64,000 nt of DNA, taken from the NCBI GenBank assembly GCA_964234715.1, contig OZ174280.1; one strand, written 5' to 3'. A model generated the notes under the pieces. It was given only the letters and a program-made list of their open reading frames with translations, was not told the DNA's origin and did no database searches. Positions 53,823 through 64,000 of the stretch are shown piece after piece. Position 1 is the first letter of the stretch, and every line of letters starts with the position of its first letter. The DNA is from Podarcis melisellensis. Lineage: Eukaryota. The position numbers were made by a program, and so were the translations under genes.

Positions 53823-56800
53823 GAACTTCAATTACTTGATTGACCTCTGCCATCTTCCCTTTGGCTGCTCCTCAGGAGCCACCCAAAGGGAATGACAAGA
53901 AGTGGCTCAGTCAATATTTGGTAGAAAAGATTCAGGATTGAGACCAGGGAGGGGAAAAAATATTGTCAGGAGAGTTGTGGCACCTGTCACCAATGGAAGT
54001 GAGACCTTGCCATCACAGGTGGTTAGGATGCTGAGGCTGATGTAGCACAATGCTATTGGTTGTTGGTTGATTCTGTGCCACAGATGGTCATGATTCTGAG
54101 GGTGGCAGTGACTTTTGGGAAAAAAGAGAGAGTAATTTCTCTTACAAATGGTACATAAAAACAAAAAACAAATAAACAAGTCATCACTGAAGGAAGCTTA
54201 ATTATCTGGCATATTAGTCCCAGGAAGACTGATTAGGGAGTAGGTAGAAATAATTGATCATTCAGTTCAGTAACTGATTACTTTGTGCTGTAGTTTATCA
54301 TACAGTTATGTCACTACTGTTGGCTTAATCACTGGACCCTCATTCCAGATATGGAGGAACTAGTTGTAGTGACTCAGTGGAGAGGTATAGGCACTCCAAA
54401 CATGCTCAGAGGTATCCTACAATCAGCTTTTCAATAAAGTTGTCTCAGCTTAGGTATCGTATAGTATGGTAGGCTCATACTCCAGAACCCTATGAAACCA
54501 GGGGACCAACTTAACTAAATTTGTAGGATGTAGTCCATAAACTATATTATATTCAGTGTTCTCTAATTATAGATGGCTGGATATATAACCATGACTGGAT
54601 GTGTGAGACACAGTAATCTGCCAGGACAAAGGGTTCAAAACCAGTGGGAGCAACTGGGAACTAGTTGGGAAAGAGCTGTTTTGGATTGAGAGTCAGAACT
54701 ACTACTGCTCTGAGACTAGTATCATTTGCCCATATGCAATTCCTTCTGTGTCCATATAAGGCCTGTGTAACCTGTACATTCCCTAAAACAGTAAAGTGAC
54801 ACTTACAAGGACATGATAAATCTCCAGTGCAGGTGGGTGTTTCGATGTACAGTTCTAGCAATGTCAGCTTGAATCAACATCACGACTTTGACTTCTGCAT
54901 CAACCACAACTACTGCCTCCACAATGAAACCGAAAGGAAGGATAGCTGCTGGCATTTCCACCTCCAGCTAGCAGGGAATGTATGTAAATTAACCACTACC
55001 AGCACCATGCTCCTGTAAGGCTGATAAATGGGAAAAATAGGGCACTTGTCAGCCACCTAATAGGTGTCTGTGAGCTCAGATCACAAGGAAAGGGGCTGAA
55101 TGACAGGATGGCTAGGAGACATGGCCAGATTATAATAGGGCAGTTGGAACGATTACACAAGAGACCATGCTTGCAGACTCTGAACTTTATATCTTTACTG
55201 CTTTTTAAAAGTAAGTCTCTAGATCTCCAGGAAGTAAAGTTATGAAGCAAAATGTGCAGCCAACTTTTTGAAGCCATTTCTGGAAGATGAGCCAGCCTGG
55301 CTGCTCATACTTTTCAGTGTTTTAAGCCAGTGAGTAAAGTCTGAATTGTTTTATGGGTGTTTGAATGCCAGGCTACAGGAACCCCAGGGTCCTAAAGAGC
55401 TGCTATTTCCTTGCTCTTTAATGCACTCTTCCTGCTTATTTTCCAGTCCTTGAAACTGCTGTAGTTTGCCCTTCCTTTCTAGCAACCAAAATTCACATTT
55501 CTTGTGGTGGGTTCATTTGATATCACATACACCCTATATTTTCAGCAAATACTGTTGCACAATAGTGCAAATGGGTGTTAAATAATCCTCCTTCCCCACA
55601 AATGGCAAATGCAAAATGTGAAAATTTGAAAAGAGGCTTTGAGATGTCTCCTACTGTGTAGGAGATGAACTCCAGGAACTCATTAAGAATTCACTATATA
55701 GTTAACTTACAATGCAATGGTAAACATGTCTGCTCCTAGGTACGTCTTTAGTAGAGCTTGACGTAGGGACGGACAGGATTGCAAAATCAAACAATTCCAA
55801 CACAACTGAATTATTATTAATAGAATAAAAATGATTCCATAACATTTAAAAATCCATTTTGTTATCTCAGTGATTTTGCCATTGGGAAAGAACATTAGTA
55901 AGTGGAAACAGATTTTGTCTTTTTTTTGTACTGAGAAGTTAGGAAAACTCTGACTGTGCTTTTTCTTACTATTTTACCTATAAGAGTAAAATCATCACTA
56001 AAATGAAAGCAGTTCACACTGCTTTCCACAGTCCCCTATGCCCAGTGGCTACAGGTCTAAGTTAATCAATCCTAGGAATCAATCCTTTGTGCATACGTAC
56101 TAACCTGGGAGTAAGCTCAGCTGGGCACAAGTGAGACCTATGCATTTAAAATATACAGTAAACATGCCAATTTAATATTCCTTGAAGCCTTGAAGTTATA
56201 CAAATTTGCAAGGAAGGAATGGCAAAAAACATGGTCCTTTATAGTACAAATATAAATTAATGGAACTGAAATTTGATGCCTGTGATTCATGCACTGTCCC
56301 CTTTTGCAGCCATTGATGCCTCTTACATCTTCACAACAGTGAAACTGTACTTGCTTAGAATATTTTTTTGGAATCCACAGAAATTTATGATTAAGACACA
56401 CATGAAAAAAAATGTGTTTATATCATTTATATCAGGCTTCTTCTTCTGATTCCTTTGTTCAGGTAAAGTGAAATAGTGTACTTCACCTGAATTTCCGGAA
56501 ATTATGGCATGAGATTTTGTGAACATTTCCTGTTTTGATCTAGTTCTGCCCCTTTAAGACCAAGCTTGTGTGGCCTTTGCCAAAGGGGATCGAACCCATG
56601 AATGAGTACCTTGGCACCCTGCATTCAGCTGGCACAGCACACGTCACTCACAGTTTCCACAGCTGATTGGAATGTTCAGAACTGTACCCAGCAAATTGCG
56701 GCTTGGTGAGGGTTTCGGAGAAGAGAATTTGACACTGAGCAGATTAAGAAAGCTATACTCACTGTATGCTTGGAGCCCTGGTATGTTTCAGAGGGCTCTT

Positions 56801-57043
56801 CTTGCATCTCAGATTAAGAAAAGGCAGTGTAGATACTAATTTCACAGTGACGTGGTTGTTCATATTCTGCCTCAAAGAGCCTCTGAGACTTAGCCTTTAT
56901 GGGTAGGATTCACCTAATAAGCCATGTCAGTGAAAGCCCCGTGGAAGGCCCATTGCACAAGTGGTAGGCCTTGCACCCCCAAAAAAACTGGCTCAAGGGG
57001 GTGTGGTGGTGGTGGAACTCCTAGAACAATAAATGGGCAGTGC

Positions 57044-57180
57044 CAGTGCTATTTTTCTAGAAAAAGAGGTGCCAGAACTCACCATGAATGCCTCCCTTGT
57101 TCTCTTATAATGGCAATGGCACCCACCAGAGAGGTGCTGGAACTGAGGTCCTGTGAGTTCTGGCAGAATAAAGGCCCTGG
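57044..57180 (+). mobile_element. Short hAT-type MITE, second copy
   Basis: High identity to 38099-38234; degenerate 8-bp TSD ggcagtgc/ggccatgc. Confidence 0.7.
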
Positions 57181-58292
57181 GCCATGCCCTTTTGGTCGCA
57201 CAATCAATGGAGCTGACAGCCCTAACATAATAAAGATAATGGATTATTATTTGTAAGGAAGAGAGTTCTGTTGTTTGAGCTGTCACCTGCCTTCTTAAGG
57301 AATACAACCCAGAAACAGGCCTATTCTCAGTGTAGGCTCAAGGTCAGCATCCTAGGGCAGCTACTGTGCCCCACACCGTGCCGCCAGCACTGTCATCTTC
57401 CCCATGCCTTCCACATAGGGTAGTTGGCTCTGTGAGCCTCCATTTTACTTTCTCACTATAGCACGGAATGACGCTGCATCTGGTGCTCTGGACCACTGCC
57501 AGGATTAGGCTTTGGATTTAAATGGCAGTCTGGGGGTCCAAAGGCCCCCTCAAACCTGGAGCTGGCCCTGCCTGTCCTTCATATGTTGTTTAGCAAAACT
57601 AGACCCATTTTGCAGCTTTTTTTTTTGCAGAAGGAACTACTAAGGGAATTTTATAACCAACAAATTCTCTTCCGCAGAGTCAACTGTGCTACAGGCATGC
57701 GGCGTGTTCTCAATTCCCAATCCTCTGCTGTGTCGAATGTTTCCAAAACTCTTGCAGTAGGAACAAAGTGGGAACAGGACACAGCTGGGCTGGTCCGATC
57801 GTCCGCCAGCTGGGAAGGCATGAAAAGGGAGAGCTGGCAGGACTGTTTTTCACTCTGTTTCAGAGTCTGACGTTCATAATGTGAGGAATGGTTCTCTTTC
57901 AAAGGACATGAAATGGAAATATTCCCCTTCTCTTGGATGTTTTGGAAAGTGGATTTCTGTTTGAAAAACACCTTTTGGGGCAAAGAGGTTTTGCACCAAA
58001 ATTCTTTGCCAGTTCCTGGAATTGCTAAAAAGCAGAAACAACTGGAGAAGGTCAGGAAATGAAAACAGCTCTGGGACAGCAGAACATTTCAACTTAAAAG
58101 CTGCCCGCTGATAGAAAGATGAGTTACAGAAGCAGAACTTCATTTAGAAAATGTGGACTTGTGTAAATCCCATGAAAAAACACACAAACTGAACCTGTGA
58201 TTTAAAAGTGGGAAAGCAGCAGGAGGGAAGAGGGTAGGGTGGCCATGTGGCCGACTTTAGGGAAGGTAGCCCACTATTTGAAAGGCTGTCCA

Positions 58293-58550
58293 TGTTAAGT
58301 CGTGGGTGAACATATCAAACGACACAGTGATTCTTCAAACAGCTCTTGTTTATTCACAGGCCAGAACTGAACTGAACTGAAGGGTTCAGTCAGCCTGCTT
58401 ATATAGAGCTCCACTAGAACGCAACAGTAACCATTTTCTGTAACTATCCAATCACTGAATGTCACTTTCCATCCCTTATTTGCATATGTGGACCTAAACT
58501 ATCTACAGTATCCCCCTGCTGGCCCAGGGTGAGAACTTCAGTACATAACA
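58293..58550 (-). mobile_element. Solo LTR (258 bp)
   Basis: TGTTA...TAACA termini and perfect 5-bp TSD gtcca. On the minus strand: octamer, CCAAT, TATA (ctatataa) and AATAAA in LTR order. Confidence 0.85.
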
Positions 58551-59161
58551 GTCCAGTCCAAGTTTAAATGAACCATTAGATGGGTCAGCAGGAAGGACCT
58601 TGAAATGCAGACTCAGCAGGCACACAGGTCAGCTGGTCACAATCTTTCCCACTGCAGTGATATGTACTGTATTTATATTTCAAAGATAGCAATTACTTCT
58701 AAATTTGCACCTACACATATAAACCAGCATATGTAAATATAATGTAAACCAGTGTCCTCTTTTTACACTAACCTTTCCTCTCTCTCTCTCTCTTTTGGTA
58801 ATGCATGTGACCACTCTAGAAGAGGATGCCAACACCTAGGCCTGCCTGCACTCTCTCTACCCACAAAACTGCCTCACCCAAAGCTGCCTTTCTTCTGGCA
58901 GGCATTACTTTTGATCATAGAGCTTGACTGAAAGAAAAGCTTTCTGCGGAGGAGGGTTTTCTTTGCAGCAGAGGAAACTGGGAAGCAGGAGGGGAGGATT
59001 CAAAACTCACACCAACCTTTTATCCCCACGCAATTGACAATATGTCTACTGGTCTGCCACCATTTTATCTATTGCTAAGCTCTTAACAGACTGCTAATCA
59101 ATGCCCAAAGTATGCCAACATCTTTTGGCTTCCTTCTGTTTATGGTGGGAAACCAGTTAAG

Positions 59162-59163
<2 letters not shown>

Positions 59164-59209
<46 letters not shown>
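59164..59209. repeat. (AC)n microsatellite
   Basis: Direct read. Confidence 0.95.
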
Positions 59210-59211
<2 letters not shown>

Positions 59212-60221
59212 AGGCCATACACTGCTAAATTTCAGTCTGACCAAGTCATACTGGCCTGGAATCCACATACAGATCCAGGTATTCACAATTTCAGGATGTA
59301 TGTGGCCCATGTGGTCCCTGTAAAAAGGTCTCTCAAAGTGTGTGTGGGGGAATGTTTGTGGGAATGCAATTTAGCAAATGACAAGGAGATATAATTGCAG
59401 TTTTTTTTAATTAAACAAAAATTCTCATAGGACAAATGTGGTGGAGAGGTGTGCCTTTCTGTGGCTTAACGGTCAAGAAAAGCTCAAATGTGCATGCTCA
59501 AGTGTGTCCCAATGCTGTGTGTGGCCTGTGGCTCCCTCCTTTTGGAAGCTCTGCTGCAGCTGATAGCCAATGCAGCATTTACTTGCTTATTGGGAAGCAA
59601 CTGCTACTTGACTTGTCAACCGTCCTTCTCCCTTTGCTAAAGGAGGCTTACTGTGGGTTTATGTGTGCCATGGGTTCACCACCCCTGCTGACTGCTATCA
59701 GAAGTGGACTTCAAGCTACACAAGACTGGTGAGAAGAACCATGCAAGCTTATGACTTTCATATAACCTTTCTTCCTGGTCAAGGTAAACTGCTTTCTCAC
59801 TCTTACACTAACCCAAGTTAGAAAATGAAAGGGGGAAAAGAAACCCCCAACACACCCCAAATGTTTGATCTGATGTCTTAAGGTTTAAAACCCACGCTTG
59901 ATGGCTAAATATACCCGGTTGCTTCAGCCTTTCCTTGTATGTGTATTGCAAACTCTGTATCATTTTAGTTGCTCCCTACTGAATCCTTTCCAGTTTGCTT
60001 GCATTCTTAAAATATGCTGACCTAAACTGGCCACTTTCCAGCTAGCCAGTGCTGAGCCGAGGACCAATTTTTACCTCCTGTGCCTTGAATCACATTATAG
60101 GCAAGTTCGTCCGAGAGGTGCTTCTGAGGAATAGGCTGACTAATCAGACAAATGACTGGGGGATGTCATTTGCCCACTGATAATTTGCCCATTCTGCCAA
60201 ATCAAATACAATTTTGACTCA

Positions 60222-60814
60222 GGAAGAAATGGAGGTAGTGAGAGATTTTACTTTCTTGGGCTCAATGATCACTGCAGATGGTGATCAGGCAATGACAGGC
60301 CTAGACAGCATCTTGAGAAGTAGAGACATCACCTTGCCAACAAAGGTTCGTATAGTTAAAGCTATGGTTTTCCCAGTAGTGATGTATGGAAGTGAGAGCT
60401 GGACCATAAAGAAGGCTGATCGCCGAAGAATTGATGCTTTTGAATTATGGTGCTGGAGGAGACTCTTGAGAGTCCCATGGACTGCAAGAAGATCAAACCT
60501 CTCCATACTGAAGGAAATCAACCCTGAGTGCTCACTGGAAGGACAGATTGTGAAGCTGAGGCTCCAGTACTTTGGCCACCTCATGAGAAGAGAAGACTCC
60601 CTGGAGAAGACCCTGATGTTGGGAAAGATGGAGGGCACAAGGAGAAGGGGGCGACAGAGGACGAGATGGTTGGATAGTGTTTTCGAGGCTACCAGCATGA
60701 GTTTGACCAAACTGCGGGAGGCAGTAGAGGACAGAGGTGCCTGGCGTTCTCTGGTCCATGGGGTCACGAAGAGTCGGACACGACTAAACGACTAAACAAC
60801 AACAACAACAACAA
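60222..60814 (+). mobile_element. BovB (RTE-clade) LINE, 5'-truncated 3' end
   Basis: ORF 60214-60795 carries the BovB ORF C-terminus (ITLPTKVRIVKAMVFPVVMYGSESWTIKKADRRRIDAFELWCWRRLLRVPWTARRSN...VHGVTKSRTRLND), followed by an (AAC)n tail. Confidence 0.95.
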
Positions 60815-61287
60815 GTTCTCTTGCAAGGATGATGTGTCATCAGAAGACTTTTGCTTCTTGTTGACAAATGCTAAAGTTTAATCTGTCTTGGGTGGGTAGC
60901 GAGGGTGTATTATCGACAGAGCTTCTTCCTTAGGAATGTTGGAAATGTTTCACTGTGGGTACTTTCTAACTCTTGAAGCAAGGGATGTGGTAAGACACTG
61001 ACCTGGTTCACACATCACACTAAACCAAGCCATGGTGGTGTGCAGGCCTCAGGAAACGGGACTGAAGCCATTTTACTCCTTCCTGTTCATTCTGCTGTCG
61101 CACTGTGCTAAGCCATGGTTTGGCTTAGTTCTTCAACTGAGCCTGGGTTTGTGGTTTTGCTCTCTCCAGACTAACAACAACCTGCAACCAAGATTTGTCC
61201 TATGGTTTATGGCTTGTGGTTTATCCGGGAGAGCTACTTCACATGCCGGGGTTTGGATGGTACCCTAAGCCAACCTATGGCTTAGCT

Positions 61288-61423
61288 CAGGCTTCCTCAA
61301 ACTTGGCCCTCTAGATGTTTTTGGCCTAAAACTCCCATGATCCCTAGCTAGCAGGATGAGTGGTCAGAGATGATGGGAATTGTAGTCTCAAAACATCTAG
61401 AGGGGTAAGTTTGAGGAAGCCTG
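61288..61423 (+). mobile_element. hAT MITE nested inside an older palindromic MITE (about 61003-61530)
   Basis: Perfect 17-bp TIR caggcttcctcaaactt / aagtttgaggaagcctg and 8-bp TSD gcttagct. Confidence 0.88.
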
Positions 61424-64000
61424 GCTTAGCTCAACACAGAGCAGCATAGCAGCAGAACAACTGGGGAGCCTGCACATTCACATGTTCGTGCTAAGGTCAC
61501 AGTTTGGATTAGTATTACACGTGAATCTGGTTAGTCTCGCATTTTCACAATGTGTTTCTGGATAACCATGGTTGACAAGGGCCATAAGTCAATGGAGATG
61601 AATGAGTAAAGAAGACGTTAGTAAGTACTCATGATACAAGTTAGTATTACATGCAAATTTAGTTAGTCTTGCATTTTAGAATATTATTAGAATGTGGTCT
61701 TTCACACTTTAAGGCTGCAGTTCTAAGCCCACTTACCTGGGAGTACATTTAATGGGACTTACTTCTGAGTAGTCATGGTTAGGATTGATGCCTTTCAGGG
61801 GAGTAAGGCTGAAATGAATCCCATTGGTCTCAGTGGTGCTGACTTCTGAGTAGACATGTAAAGGATTGCACTATAAAATGCATGTAGGATTGCTAACCAT
61901 AAGCACGTAAGTGACTCAACATATTTATTTATTTGAGAATAGCACTGATCATTGCTATTTGTCTAAGGGAATTCTATCAGCTGTATCTTAATGTGAGCAG
62001 GATGACAGGACTAGCTTCTGTGTGGCATATATCACTTTGGCATCCCTACATTCATTAGTCTAGTCTCCCATTTCCGCATTATTCTGTATCTCTTAAAAAA
62101 TTCCACTTGAAAATTTACATCTAAATACATATTTTTGAATATGCAGTCTCAAAAAATACGCATTTCTAAATGAACTTTTTCTAAAAATATGCATTTGAAT
62201 AATTTTTCAGCTACGAACTATACAACAGAAAATTCAGAGAAGTGTGAAATCTTAAGGATAATTATGTTTCAATCTGCACATTACTCTGGGAGCTGCAGAT
62301 CAGGTCAGTTTTCTATCAGAATTCAGATAAACTGCATTCTTCCAGGATCCCACTTAACAACACACTTCATTCTGGCCAAATGTCCTACTTTTCTTTCTAT
62401 ATATTCTTTTATGATTCTTACCCTTTAAAAAGTTTTTATTTTTAAATCTGATCATGTGCACCTCCACCTATGCACCCATTCATTGTTTCCACTCCCACCC
62501 CCACATTCTCAGCAAAGTTCTTGGCTAGTTCAGAACCTAGTTTGCAGACTCTCTTCCCCACATCCCTGTGCAATTTACATCTCCCAACAAAAATGTGCAG
62601 TGTCAGTGGGGCATACACAGCTGGTGATATGCAAATCTACAAGAAGTAACAACCTGAGCCTTAAGCCCATTGTAGAAAATTAAAGAATAACCCACTAAAC
62701 ATGAGAGGAGGAGGAGGATCACATACGGATGGCCGAAATGCAAAACGATGGGCGAGAAAAGAGAACAGGAAAAACAGGTTAAGATCAGCAACAATGGGGC
62801 ATTGCTCTGTGTAAGGAGTTTTGGGGAAAGCATAATTTTGTGCTCCGAGAAAGATGACACAAAAGCACATTTGGATTTCTTTTAGCTAACCATTTTTAGT
62901 GCTACCCCCGCTCCAGCATTGTTTTCTGTGCTTTGTTTTTCTTTTCTTACTCACAGCCAGCCATCAGACTATACCCCAAAGGTAAGGCATGCTGCTTTAA
63001 AACACATCCCATTATCTGGCTTAATTTGTGGTCTAAGTAGTTGGACTGTTCTCAGGACAATGTTTCGTCCCTCTCCCTCTCTCTGGCTCCTCTGGAGTGT
63101 TCATTATTATGTGGCTGCATGAAAAGCAGGCAATGAGGTGGGAGGCAAGGTCACAATAGTGGACCTGGGACTCTACAGCTTGCTCATTAAGGACAGGCAT
63201 TTACAACAGCACACGCAGAGCCTCCCTTCCAGAGACAGACACTTTCAAAGCAGTAAGAGATGAATGACAAGGCCTCTTGAGCAATATGCACATCCAACAA
63301 AGGGGGCATCTTGAGCTCTGCAGGGAAAGCACTTTGTACTTTGGAGAAGTGTTATAGAAATAACCATCATAATGTTTATCGATCAATTGTGTTTAGGATT
63401 TTTAAAAAACCTGCTCCATCCTAGTATCCACTAAAACGAAATCTGATACAAGATGAAAAGTACCCCACGCTGACTTAACTCCCTATCCCAGGCACTAGAA
63501 ATCGGGCCGCATTTACAGCACGTCTGAAAGATGCTCAGGTTTCGATACTGGCAAGATTTCGGAGGGGCTTTCATTATGGTGGAGTAGCAAGCTTCTGTAC
63601 GTGCAAATCTGGTGAAAGGGTGGTACTATCAAGACTCTTCATTGTTTTTTTTCCTTTAAACAGGGCTACTAATCTTAGAGGTTGTCTTAGAGCAGTGCAA
63701 GTCTATACGTATCTATGCAAAAGTAATTCATTGTGCTCAATGGGGCTTGCTACCAAGCAAGTAGGAGCAAAATTGCAGCCTTATGGTCAGACCTTATGTG
63801 TTAGTACTCACAAGCAAGTCCTGCAGAATTCAATGGGGACTTACTCTCAAGTAGACACACCTACTATCACAGGTTTTCAGTTACTAGCATGAAAGATACA
63901 ACATCAGGGTCCCTGGATGTGGACTTTGGTGCAACAAGGAAAATGATCCCTTGAGCTTATGCGTATTATGACCACTCTCTATTTGTTCTCCAGCAAGCCA

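Noticed and set aside
57651-57983. CpG-containing 110-aa ORF with a strong minus-strand acceptor
   Set aside because: No donor and no recognisable protein similarity in any frame.
60285-60767. 160-aa minus-strand ORF
   Set aside because: Antisense shadow of the BovB ORF.
63200-63320. LLDVHIAQEAL after a minus-strand acceptor resembles p85 RhoGAP MIDVHVLADAF
   Set aside because: Similarity is limited to about 3-5 residues, there is no LPNPVIP motif, and the donor is poor.

Overview
Vertebrate genomic DNA, almost certainly a squamate and probably a lacertid lizard (Sauria SINE, BovB LINE, Squam-type SINEs, Tc1/mariner and hAT MITEs). It is largely non-coding. The one secure coding sequence is the first coding exon of PIK3R3 (PI3K regulatory subunit p55gamma) on the minus strand (6624->6519, [35 protein letters not shown], phase-1 donor). 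Bases 1-6518 are its intron, and a CpG-island leader/promoter lies at about 7.0-7.8 kb. The ~56 kb upstream holds no other recognisable gene, many transposon fragments and a 194-N gap. Two things are not explained by the repeats. (1) A ~1.3-kb inverted duplication (about 21.6-22.9 kb versus 39.6-40.9 kb) has diverged flanks but an 80/82-nt identical core and a shared SINE. (2) Several short ATG-to-donor segments on the PIK3R3 strand (7.6, 10.1, 20.9, 29.3 and 41.8 kb, and weakly 1.0 kb) all end in phase 1 like the p55 exon, three of them next to promoter-like DNA. This suggests a possible array of alternative N-terminal first exons, whose longest intron would contain both inverted arms. Both ideas are hypotheses that need RNA-seq and comparative tests.
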